Assembly: GCA_049509455.1 (NCBI GenBank)
Contig: JBEKZX010000034.1
Coordinates: 1-16,160 of the forward strand
DNA length: 16,160 bases
DNA from: Conexivisphaerales archaeon
GTDB taxonomy: Archaea > Thermoproteota > Nitrososphaeria > Conexivisphaerales > DTJL01
Direction of reading: 5' to 3'
Under the pieces are notes generated by a model, which was not told where the DNA came from, made no database searches, and saw only the letters and a list, made by a program, of their open reading frames with translations. Each line of letters opens with the position of its first letter. The first letter of the stretch is position 1. Below, in pieces: positions 1 through 6,798 of this stretch. The position numbers and the translations under genes are program-made.

Positions 1-204
1 AAATACCAAGTCAAGCCGGAAGTCATACACCATCTCGATCCGGGCCACAAGATACTCTGGGTTTTGGAAGCACCCAACGCTGAAGCCGTCAGAGACATGA
101 TCTACGCGAGCGGCCTGTCACAGTGGAACGACTTCGAATTCTACATGGCTTCGACCATGGGCCAGATACTCAGCTGGACCGAGAAGCTACAGCCTGTATG
201 GTAG
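1..204 (+). CDS. 3' part of a small alpha/beta protein (DUF3303-like), truncated by the window start
   Basis: Frame 1 is open from base 1 to TAG at 202-204: KYQVKPEVIHHLDPGHKILWVLEAPNAEAVRDMIYASGLSQWNDFEFYMASTMGQILSWTEKLQPVW. The H-x3-W-x2-EAP-x2-EAV pattern resembles small dimeric alpha/beta-barrel hypothetical proteins. Not in the ORF track (no start codon); family call is from memory. Confidence 0.7.
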   Translation, partial: KYQVKPEVIHHLDPGHKILWVLEAPNAEAVRDMIYASGLSQWNDFEFYMASTMGQILSWTEKLQPVW

Positions 205-226
205 AGTAAACGGTCGCCCAACCCCG

Positions 227-234
227 TTCTTTTT
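227..234 (+). terminator. Oligo-T terminator candidate
   Basis: TTCTTTTT lies 23 bp after the stop at 204. Nearly the same context (CCAAC..CGTTCTTTTTG) follows the CMD gene at 3000-3007. Confidence 0.45.
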
Positions 235-291
235 GTATCTCAGGAAAGCTGGATACCGGATGGTCTGTTTCGCATTTATCTTCTACTGTCA

Positions 292-321
292 GCTCATTCT
301 TCGCAGGTCCAAGCCCACGTC
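292..321 (+). repeat. Core repeat B, copy 1 (B only)
   Basis: GCTCATTCTTCGCAGGTCCAAGCCCACGTC; the 20-mer TTCGCAGGTCCAAGCCYACG is at 300-319. Confidence 0.95.
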
Positions 322-387
322 CAGACTAAGAGCAGGTCGCATCGTATAAGAACGTGAAGACCCATTGAACTGTGTGGAGGGAGAATA

Positions 388-702
388 GTGCGAAAGAGGA
401 ACGCAGCAATCATCGCGTGCTTGGCGGTAGGACTGGCCTTGGTTTTCTTCTTCGCGCCGATAGTTGCATTGCTCATGGCGAGTGGCTGCCTGGGCGGAAG
501 CGGGCATGGCTGTACAATTGCTGGAACGTTCAGTGTCACTAGAGTCGTCTCTCCTAGCGGCGTGCTGTTGGGGTTTGGCGGAGTCCGATACGAAGCGCAA
601 TACGGAGAGAACTGTCCTTCAGCTGGAATCTGTCTTCCTTACCGCACGACAGGCTTTTTGTTCGCTTGGAACTGCTCTGACTTCGCCCAGTATCTGCATT
701 GA
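388..702 (+). CDS. Small hypothetical membrane/secreted protein, Cys-containing
   Basis: GTG start preceded by GGAGGGA (376-382), a basic then hydrophobic N-terminus (MRKRNAAIIACLAVGLALVFFF), several Cys, 104 aa. It fills the interval between two repeats. Confidence 0.6.
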   Translation: MRKRNAAIIACLAVGLALVFFFAPIVALLMASGCLGGSGHGCTIAGTFSVTRVVSPSGVLLGFGGVRYEAQYGENCPSAGICLPYRTTGFLFAWNCSDFAQYLH

Positions 703-758
703 CACCCTGGGCTTCTCCAGCTCTAGGCGACCTCGAAGACTGAACATGAAAAGGGTCT

Positions 759-883
759 CTACTCGTCTAACCCATTGTTTTCAATAACACAAAGAAGGGG
801 TCAGCCCATTCGCAGGTCCAAGCCTACGTCCAGGTTTGTCGTTTGATGATATTGACTTCTTTTCTGGCGGCAACAGACGTCCA
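759..883 (+). repeat. Full-length A-B-C repeat element, copy 2
   Basis: A is CTACTCGTCTAACCCATTGTTTTCAATAACACAAAGA (759-795), B is GCCCATTCGCAGGTCCAAGCCTACGTC (804-830), then a 13-nt linker, then C is TGATGATATTGACTTCTTTTCTGGCGGCAACAGACGTCCA (844-883). Confidence 0.95.
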
Positions 884-940
884 AAAGTAGAATGATGTAC
901 TGCTTGTGCAACTTTCTGTAGCTGAAGTTGACCTTCAGGC

Positions 941-1582
941 CTACTGGGTGCCTAGTTCTGGGACTCGCCGCGTCAGCTCGGCCCAGTCCCCAGCGACAGC
1001 CTCTCTGATGAGAGGTTTGAGCCCGGCGAAGGCCTGGGGAGGCATCAAAGACATCCAGCCTTTCGCAACCACGGCACGGTCGTCATGGTTCAGTAGGGGG
1101 AAGAGCCACCGGACAAGGGTGGGCATTCTCTCAGGCGGCACCTTCCTTGCCATGGTTCCGACGATGGATGCCTGCTGCTCCTCTGTCGTCCGCTCTCGCA
1201 GGATCGGATATAGATGGGCGTCCTCCTTGTCCAGATGAATCCTCAGATGCGTGTCCAGGGCCGCCGTCGCCCGGGCTGTTATGAGAGGGTCTGGCGCTGC
1301 CCTCATCGCTTCCAGCCTGCCGACCAAGGCATCAAGGTAATGATGATCCATGAGGTAGGCCTTTGCCACGAGCGGCGTTAGGTTGTCGACGGCTGGGAAG
1401 ACCGCTTCCTCCTCTCCCCTCGCGTGGTAGTCCAGGATCTCATCCATAATATGAAGCCGATCCAGGACTGGAGCAAGGTCTCCGCCACTGCGCGCTATCC
1501 TATAGACAGCGTCGTCAATCTGAAAGATGTCTTGACGAAACGCATTATGTATGGATAGCACAATGTCAATAGGTCCAGACAT
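941..1582 (-). CDS. Hemerythrin (HHE cation-binding) domain protein
   Basis: HHE motifs are present: IH..FR, YHARGEEEAVFP, MDHHYLD and HLRIHLDKEDAHLYP; 213 aa. TTTATAA on the minus strand at 1606-1612. Confidence 0.9.
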   Translation of the reverse strand: MSGPIDIVLSIHNAFRQDIFQIDDAVYRIARSGGDLAPVLDRLHIMDEILDYHARGEEEAVFPAVDNLTPLVAKAYLMDHHYLDALVGRLEAMRAAPDPLITARATAALDTHLRIHLDKEDAHLYPILRERTTEEQQASIVGTMARKVPPERMPTLVRWLFPLLNHDDRAVVAKGWMSLMPPQAFAGLKPLIREAVAGDWAELTRRVPELGTQ

Positions 1583-1605
1583 AGGTACTTTTTTTCGGGA
1601 GCGTC

Positions 1606-1612
1606 TTATAAA
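1606..1612 (-). promoter_or_regulatory. Archaeal TATA box for the hemerythrin gene (probably leaderless)
   Basis: TTTATAA on the minus strand, 24 bp upstream of the ATG at 1582. Confidence 0.6.
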
Positions 1613-1818
1613 GCTGTGTTGGTACCCTAAGATACGAACACTTAGTTCTCGACCAATTCAGACTACCAGATGTGATTTCGGGGTTCGGCACCGACTAGTA
1701 TTTATTCCCAAGTCTGACTTACTGCTATGCTTCGACGCATGAATTCCATACATCGTTGATGTCTGGAATTCGCTCATGGGAGAGAGATGGCTGCATCGGT
1801 ACCCTGTTCTGCACAGCA

Positions 1819-1845
1819 GCCCATTTTCGCAGGTCCAAGCCCACG
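1819..1845 (+). repeat. Core repeat B, copy 3 (B only)
   Basis: GCCCATTTTCGCAGGTCCAAGCCCACG; exact 20-mer core at 1826-1845. Confidence 0.95.
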
Positions 1846-2163
1846 CATCAATAGGCGTTCAATTCGGGAGGGCTTACGGTGCTGCAATCTATGGTCAAGT
1901 AGACAAGAAGAGGCCAGATTCTAGTTCGGTCTTCGGCGCTGGGAAGGGCTTGTGAATCTCAACCCCGTGTTGATTCCCGGTCTGGGTCGAAAATGGATTT
2001 GACTTCCACAGGCTCCCAGGCGAGTTGAGATTAGGCGTGACCGCCCAGGGGATTTGCAACAGGTGAGACATTCTCAGCCTGAAAGGACAAGCTCATTCCT
2101 CCGATGGCATTATGGAAGGGTTGAAACGTCGTCCGACGAATGTCCATCCGGCAGGGAGTGGAC

Positions 2164-2170
2164 TTTATAA
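2164..2170 (+). promoter_or_regulatory. Archaeal TATA box
   Basis: TTTATAA lies about 21-24 bp upstream of the in-frame GTG 2191 / ATG 2194, which argues for this later start rather than 2140. Confidence 0.5.
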
Positions 2171-2193
2171 GAACGGCGATCGAAAAATGGGTG

Positions 2194-2412
2194 ATGCTCG
2201 AAGAATCTGAAGGAGGGTCGACTTTGGAAGAACTCAACCACAGGCTGACCAAACTGTCCTATCGCCACGTGAGGCTCTATCAAGACGATCTCGGGCTCAT
2301 TTGGACTCACGACCGAGATGACGGTCGGGCATGCGTTGAGACCTTGGAGGACGCCGAGCAGTACGTTCGGCACCTTGAGCACGAGGATCGCTCGATCTCT
2401 GTCATGACTTGA
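2194..2412 (+). CDS. Small acidic hypothetical protein (~72 aa; ORF track starts it at 2140)
   Basis: MLEESEGGSTLEELNHRLTKLSYRHVRLYQDDLGLIWTHDRDDGRACVETLEDAEQYVRHLEH..; TATA box at the expected distance; the stop lies 8 bp before repeat B copy 4. Confidence 0.6.
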   Translation: MLEESEGGSTLEELNHRLTKLSYRHVRLYQDDLGLIWTHDRDDGRACVETLEDAEQYVRHLEHEDRSISVMT

Positions 2413-2420
2413 CTCTGAAT

Positions 2421-2500
2421 GCCCATTCGCAGGTCCAAGCCTACGTCTGAAGTGCGCGATGGATGACATCTACTTCTTTTTCAGCTGCGATAGATATCTA
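2421..2500 (+). repeat. B-C repeat element, copy 4
   Basis: B is GCCCATTCGCAGGTCCAAGCCTACGTC (2421-2447, identical to 804-830), then a 13-nt linker, then C at 2461-2500 (27/40 identical to 844-883). Confidence 0.95.
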
Positions 2501-2590
2501 GATGCCTTTCGTTACAGATAACCGCCATTCTTCCCAGATTCTTCATCTCCGCTTAAGTAGCAGGAATTGACCGCTTCGCCGGTGTCTCAC

Positions 2591-2983
2591 ATGTCTGAAT
2601 ACAAGGAGACTCTGAAGGACATAGAAGCAACACTGGGCTTCGTCCCAGGTTTCATGAAGGCGCTTCCGCAGGACGCGCTTGTATTCGAATGGCCATCGTT
2701 CAAGAAGTATCAACTGGGAGAGAGCGTGATCCCGAGCAAGTATCGAGAACTCATGGGTTTGGCCGTGGCGGCTAACATCAAGTGCCCCTACTGCCAATAC
2801 TTCCACACTGGAGCGGCAAAGATGAACGGGGCCTCCGACGAAGAGATGGCGGAGGTGTTCTACTTAGCAAGCATGACATCCAGATGGAGCTCCATGATAC
2901 ATGCCCAGCACTACGACTACGACACCTTCGTCAAAGAATTCAACCGGATCGGCGCACACCTTCAGAAGAAAGCCAAGAAGTAA
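2591..2983 (+). CDS. Carboxymuconolactone decarboxylase / AhpD-like protein
   Basis: AhpD core KYRELMGLAVAANIKCPYCQYFH with CxxC. ATG 2591 is preceded by GGTG (2581-2584); the track start is TTG 2567. Confidence 0.9.
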   Translation: MSEYKETLKDIEATLGFVPGFMKALPQDALVFEWPSFKKYQLGESVIPSKYRELMGLAVAANIKCPYCQYFHTGAAKMNGASDEEMAEVFYLASMTSRWSSMIHAQHYDYDTFVKEFNRIGAHLQKKAKK

Positions 2984-2999
2984 TCAGCCCTACCCAACG

Positions 3000-3007
3000 T
3001 TCTTTTT
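3000..3007 (+). terminator. Oligo-T terminator candidate
   Basis: TTCTTTTT lies 17 bp after the CMD stop. Confidence 0.45.
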
Positions 3008-3156
3008 GCTATTCCTGATGGCTTAGGCTTACTGACCGTCCGTGAAGAGCAGAAATAGCCGGCACAAACGGCTTTGAACCTACGACGTCGCACCAACTGA
3101 GAGGTTAGGAACGGAAGACTAAATACTGACGACGACGCTCCGAGTGGGCGATTGGA

Positions 3157-3345
3157 TTGAAGGCCTCGGATCAGATTTTCTACGCTGGCTTCCTGTGTCT
3201 CATCGTTACGCTGGTGGCGATGGGCATCGACCTCCTGAGGGGGACCGTGAACCTGAGCAGCGGCCACGCCCTTGCGGTGGCCCTGATTCTCATAGGTGCG
3301 GTGTTCACTTTTCTGGGATTCCAGGGGAAGGCCAGAGGAGCCTAG
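3157..3345 (+). CDS. Small two-TM membrane protein
   Basis: TTG start, 62 aa with two clear hydrophobic helices (IFYAGFLCLIVTLVAMGI; ALAVALILIGAVFTFLGF). Confidence 0.6.
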   Translation: MKASDQIFYAGFLCLIVTLVAMGIDLLRGTVNLSSGHALAVALILIGAVFTFLGFQGKARGA

Positions 3346-3403
3346 GTCAAGCTTCGTCGGTTCGGTCGTTAGGTCGCCCTTCGGCGCCCGGCTACCCCTG
3401 CCG

Positions 3404-3832
3404 CTACTTTGACGAGGCGTTGGCAGCTCTGCGTTTGACCATTTCGGCCTTCATGGCGGCGGGGATTTCGGGCCGGTCGTTTATGAGAGCTGCGAACGCC
3501 CAGTCGGTGAAACTAGCGCAGCGTGTTGCCTCGACGGCGACGACGTCGGCCGACCTCCGCTGGATGTCCAGCACGGCCATTTCGCCGAAGAAATCACCCT
3601 TGCCCAGCTGCGCCAGCACCTTGCCCTTCCGCCTGACTTCTACCCTACCAGAGAGTATCACGTAGAGCCCGATTCCAAGCTCTCCCTCCTCAAGTATCGT
3701 CTGGCCCGCTTGGAAGGATAGATCATAGCCCAACTCCACCGCTTTCTGTAGCCACTTCTTCCCGTAGCCGGAGAAAAGAGAAACCGAGGCTATGGCGCCA
3801 CCAAAATCAGCCTGTCCTACGTCCTCTTTCAT
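3404..3832 (-). CDS. Stand-alone cyclic nucleotide-binding domain protein (no HTH)
   Basis: G-x2-LYVILSGRVEV and the phosphate-binding cassette GDFFGEMAVLD..RSADV. Start moved to ATG 3832 (142 aa) because TTTAAAT lies on the minus strand at 3856-3862. Confidence 0.9.
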   Translation of the reverse strand: MKEDVGQADFGGAIASVSLFSGYGKKWLQKAVELGYDLSFQAGQTILEEGELGIGLYVILSGRVEVRRKGKVLAQLGKGDFFGEMAVLDIQRRSADVVAVEATRCASFTDWAFAALINDRPEIPAAMKAEMVKRRAANASSK

Positions 3833-4011
3833 CAAGCGAAGGGTTTGAGGTGGAGATTTAAACACATCGTCGATTTTCCCACTTCGATCCGCGCGAATCC
3901 GCCCCTGCCCACCCGACTCCCTTGCACTTGAACATACCATCCTGTACCCCTATCCCGGAAGGAATTCTTTAGCAAAGGTTATCACCCCACAGTTTAGCTT
4001 CGGCTTTCACA

Positions 4012-4209
4012 ATGTCCCAACTTTCCGAGGAACTTACGCACCTGAAACACCACGTCTCCTACCCCGCCAGCAGGGCGCAGGTAGTCGCAGCCTGCAACAA
4101 CATGATGGACGTACCCTCTTCCGACAGGGACTGGTTCGCGAAGAACCTACCTGAGGGGACGTACAGGTCTGCGAACGACGTCGTGTCTGCACTGCTCGGG
4201 CGCCTCTAG
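4012..4209 (+). CDS. DUF2795-like small protein
   Basis: HLKHHVSYPASRAQVVAAC...LPEGTYRSANDVV matches my recollection of the YPA..LP..TY.S..DV pattern; followed by a T7 tract at 4230-4236. Confidence 0.7.
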   Translation: MSQLSEELTHLKHHVSYPASRAQVVAACNNMMDVPSSDRDWFAKNLPEGTYRSANDVVSALLGRL

Positions 4210-4229
4210 AGCGTTCGGATTCAAGAGGG

Positions 4230-4236
4230 TTTTTTT
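4230..4236 (+). terminator. Oligo-T terminator candidate
   Basis: TTTTTTT lies 21 bp after the stop at 4209. Confidence 0.5.
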
Positions 4237-4426
4237 CCATAGACGCGACCTACGCCAAGCTCGGGATGACGGATGGTCAGCTTCATCAGGGGCGTCTTCT
4301 TTCCAATAGCGGCCATACTGGTCGCCGGAAGACTAAGGGCTCCAAAGCATCATGAAAAACCTTCTTCGCTGTGGTTCCAACGGTGCGTGACACCCCTACG
4401 ACCGCTCTTTAGACAGCTCCCAGTTC

Positions 4427-4549
4427 ATTCAACATGTTGTTTTCAATAACACAAAGATGAACGAAGTCAGCCCATTCACAGGTCCAACCCCACGTCCAAG
4501 ATTGGCGGTTGACGATATTGGTTTCTTTTCTAGCAGCAATAGATATGCT
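4427..4549 (+). repeat. Full-length A-B-C repeat element, copy 5
   Basis: TTGTTTTCAATAACACAAAGA (4437-4457) is identical to 775-795; B variant GCCCATTCACAGGTCCAACCCCACGTC at 4470-4496; 13-nt linker; C at 4510-4549 (30/40 identical to 844-883). Confidence 0.95.
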
Positions 4550-4577
4550 CCGCCGTTCACTCGAGAACGTCTTGCGG

Positions 4578-4757
4578 CTAGGTATCGCTTGACGGGCGGT
4601 TGTAGCTCTTCTTGCGACAATAAGGGCAGCGCGTAAGGTACCAGCGATATCCTGGCACACTACCGAACAGAAACCATGGAATGACAAGCTTTCTCTGTAA
4701 TCCGCTGATCTCAAACTCAAGGCGGCAATTCTTGCAGGTGAGAGTAAACTTGCCCAA
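4578..4757 (-). CDS. Small zinc-ribbon protein (59 aa), absent from the ORF track
   Basis: Translated by hand: MGKFTLTCKNCRLEFEISGLQRKLVIPWFLFGSVPGYRWYLTRCPYCRKKSYNRPSSDT*. It has two CxxC pairs, a TTG start and TATTAAG on the minus strand at about 4772-4778. Confidence 0.75.
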   Translation of the reverse strand: MGKFTLTCKNCRLEFEISGLQRKLVIPWFLFGSVPGYRWYLTRCPYCRKKSYNRPSSDT

Positions 4758-4802
4758 TCCAATCAGTAGCTCTTAATACCGCGACGGCTGGCCTTCCATA
4801 TC

Positions 4803-4897
4803 CTACTCGCTAATTTAACCAATTGTTTTCAATAATTTGAAGATGACTAATCTGTTGAAGTGTCAACTCACCCCATCCGCCGGTTTGAACCCGCCTC
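4803..4897 (+). repeat. Module A plus a degenerate core B
   Basis: CTACTCGCTAATTTAACCAATTGTTTTCAATAA (4803-4835) aligns to 759-787; CCCCATCCGCCGGTTTGAACCCGCCTC (4871-4897) is 17/27 identical to B. Confidence 0.7.
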
Positions 4898-4986
4898 CGA
4901 TGCTCCTATCCCGGCTTGTGAGAACGATCCGAACGGCAAATCCTTATCACTTCGACCAGGTAAACTGTGTGTTGGCTATTGAACAA

Positions 4987-6288
4987 ATGAATCAGAAAGC
5001 GGTGGCGACACTCGTCATCATGGCGTTCGTAATCGCCGCTTGTTCTGTTGTCTCAAGTCCGGCATGGGCGGGGGGAGCAGTGGGCACTGTAGTGGGCACC
5101 GTGACTGTTGGCGATCAGCCACATAGTGTAGCCTACGACCCCTCAAACGGCTACCTCTACGTCGCGAACTTTGGTCCAAACACCGTGTCTGTCATCGACG
5201 GGGCCACGAACAAGGTGGTAGGGAGCGCCATAGCGGTGGGCGTTGAGCCGATCGGTATAGCCTACGACCCTGCCGACGGCTACCTCTACGTCGCGAACTA
5301 TGGTTCAAACACAACTCCGGACCACAACGGTGCGACCACCACGGGAGTGGGCACCATTGATGTGGGCAAATAGCCTGTTTGGATAGCCTACGACCCCTCC
5401 AACCGCTACCTCTACGTCGCCAACGTGGGCTCAGGCACCGTCTCACTCATCGACGGAGCTGCAAACTCTGTGGTGGGCACCATACCGGTAGGCACATATC
5501 CGGCCGGTATAACCTACGACCCCTCCAACCGCTACCTCTACGTCGCGAACTTTGGTCCAAGCACCGTCTCGGTCATCGACGGGGCGACGAACGAAGTAGT
5601 GGGGAGCCCCATAGCGGTGGGCTCTGGGCCGATCGGTATAGCCTACGATTCCACCAACGGCTACCTATACGTCATCAACCTTTATGCAAACACCGTATCG
5701 GTCATCGACGGGGCGACGAACGAAATAGTGAGGGGCGCTATAACGGTGGGCGCTGGGCCGTATGGGATAGCCTACGACCCTGCCGACGGCTACCTCTACG
5801 TCGCGAACTATGGTTCAGGCACCGTGTCTGTCATATCGACAGGGCCTCCTCCGCCGGCGCTTGCCTCCCTGCAGGTCTCCGCCAGCCCCACGACCGTGAC
5901 TCGTACTTCTTCGTCATCGGGCTCCACCGTAACGGTGATGGCCCTAGACCAGAACGGCACCTCCTTGGCCGGCGTCAACATCACCTTCACGGCATCTAGC
6001 CCTGGCGTCCTGTCACCATCAACAGTCACGTCTGGCTCCAACGGCCAAGCCACATCCACCCTGACCCTCTCTGGGTCGATCACTTCGGCCACGGCCGTAA
6101 GCGTTTCGGCCACCTCTGGCGGCATCAGCAGCGAGTCCGTCCAGGTAACCTTCGTGCCTCCTCCCTCCTCTTCGACTACCGCCTTGGTGGGCGGTGCTGT
6201 CGTCGTCGCCCTGGTTGCCGTGGCAGGCGCGGCGTTCTTCGTCCTGAGAAGGAGGAAGCCTATCCCCATCATCGTCGGTTCGAAATGA
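4987..6288 (+). pseudogene. YVTN/YncE beta-propeller + Ig-like (Big_1-type) cell-surface protein with C-terminal TM anchor, interrupted by an in-frame TAG
   Basis: Signal peptide from ATG 4987; six P.GIAYDP.NGYLYVAN..TVSVID repeats; Pro linkers; an Ig-like DQNG..LAGVNITF..T.SNGQAT segment; C-terminal TM followed by RRRK. Track ORFs 4837-5373 and 5425-6288 are in the same frame, separated only by TAG 5371-5373. Confidence 0.85.
5116..5840 (+). repeat. Intragenic tandem repeats (~126-129 bp x6) encoding YVTN blades
   Basis: 5257-5307 equals 5767-5817 (51 bp identical); 5387-5420 equals 5513-5546 (34 bp identical). Confidence 0.9.
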
Positions 6289-6374
6289 TAGGCCTCTAAG
6301 CTGGGATTGATCTTCTCCAGCGGAGCCCCCCCGCAGATACCCCGCCTTGTCGGCTGGCTCTGTGGGCGATCAAA

Positions 6375-6650
6375 GTGAGATTGAGGATATGGGTATTGGA
6401 TATGCTGCCGCCTGGCTTCGTTGTGTATCTCGAAGGGGGAGGAGTGCACCCGCCGCATTGCGTGGTCTGCGCCCATGCGGCCCACTTCGAGGGATGGCTG
6501 ATCTGCACGGAGTATGGGGCCTACGTCTCTCTCCATTCATCGTGCGGGTCCTTTGAGAGAGCAGAGAGGGGACAACCAATCGTTTCAGAGAAGGAGGTCG
6601 AAGCCAGATTCAAGTCTGGACTTGTAGATTTGAGGGGAGGGAAGAGATGA
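6375..6650 (+). CDS. Small putative zinc-finger protein
   Basis: CVVC-x11-C-x9-HSSC ligand pattern in 91 aa; start uncertain (GTG 6375 or ATG 6402). Confidence 0.5.
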   Translation: MRLRIWVLDMLPPGFVVYLEGGGVHPPHCVVCAHAAHFEGWLICTEYGAYVSLHSSCGSFERAERGQPIVSEKEVEARFKSGLVDLRGGKR

Positions 6651-6798
6651 GCCAAGTCTAGCAATTCATAAACCGTCTTAGTAATTCTATACATTCTTGT
6701 AATTCAAGGCGGGGCTGAGCGGTCGAGGCACGTTCCCCTGTGCCCGCTCCTAGTATTTATCCGAAGACCTAGCCCACGCTCGTACCGGTAGCTCTCGG

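Noticed and set aside
804-830. REP/RAYT element (GTAG on the minus strand)
   Set aside because: GTAG lies inside the stem and varies to GTGG; copies are single and unidirectional rather than inverted pairs; there is no RAYT.
809-833. tRNA 3'-fragment (T-arm plus CCA) att site
   Set aside because: GCAGG-TCCAAG-CCTAC resembles a T-arm, but the loop is 6 nt, never TTCRA in any of the seven copies, and there is no 7-bp acceptor strand before CCA.
765-847. Canonical integron attC site
   Set aside because: RYYYAAC and a downstream GTT are present, but the intervening arms are not complementary, so no attC hairpin can form; there is no IntI in the window.
844-883. Box C/D sRNA (TGATGA at the start of module C)
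   Set aside because: No conserved CTGA D or D' boxes across copies, and TGATGA itself varies (TGACGA, GGATGA).
1850-2147. Possible short minus-strand ORF from ATG 2147 and other fragments
   Set aside because: Only 38 aa with no motif; the bidirectional TATA is suggestive but not sufficient.
4837-4986. N-terminal extension of the YVTN ORF in the track
   Set aside because: It lies over module A/B-degenerate sequence; the signal peptide begins at ATG 4987.
5371-5373. Amber recoding or pyrrolysine readthrough in the YVTN gene
   Set aside because: TAG is the ordinary stop of several neighbouring genes (204, 941, 3345, 4209, 4578), and the surrounding codons are also degenerate.
5308-5385. DGR-type variable region
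   Set aside because: Differences from sister blades are not adenine-specific, and no reverse transcriptase or template repeat is present in the window.
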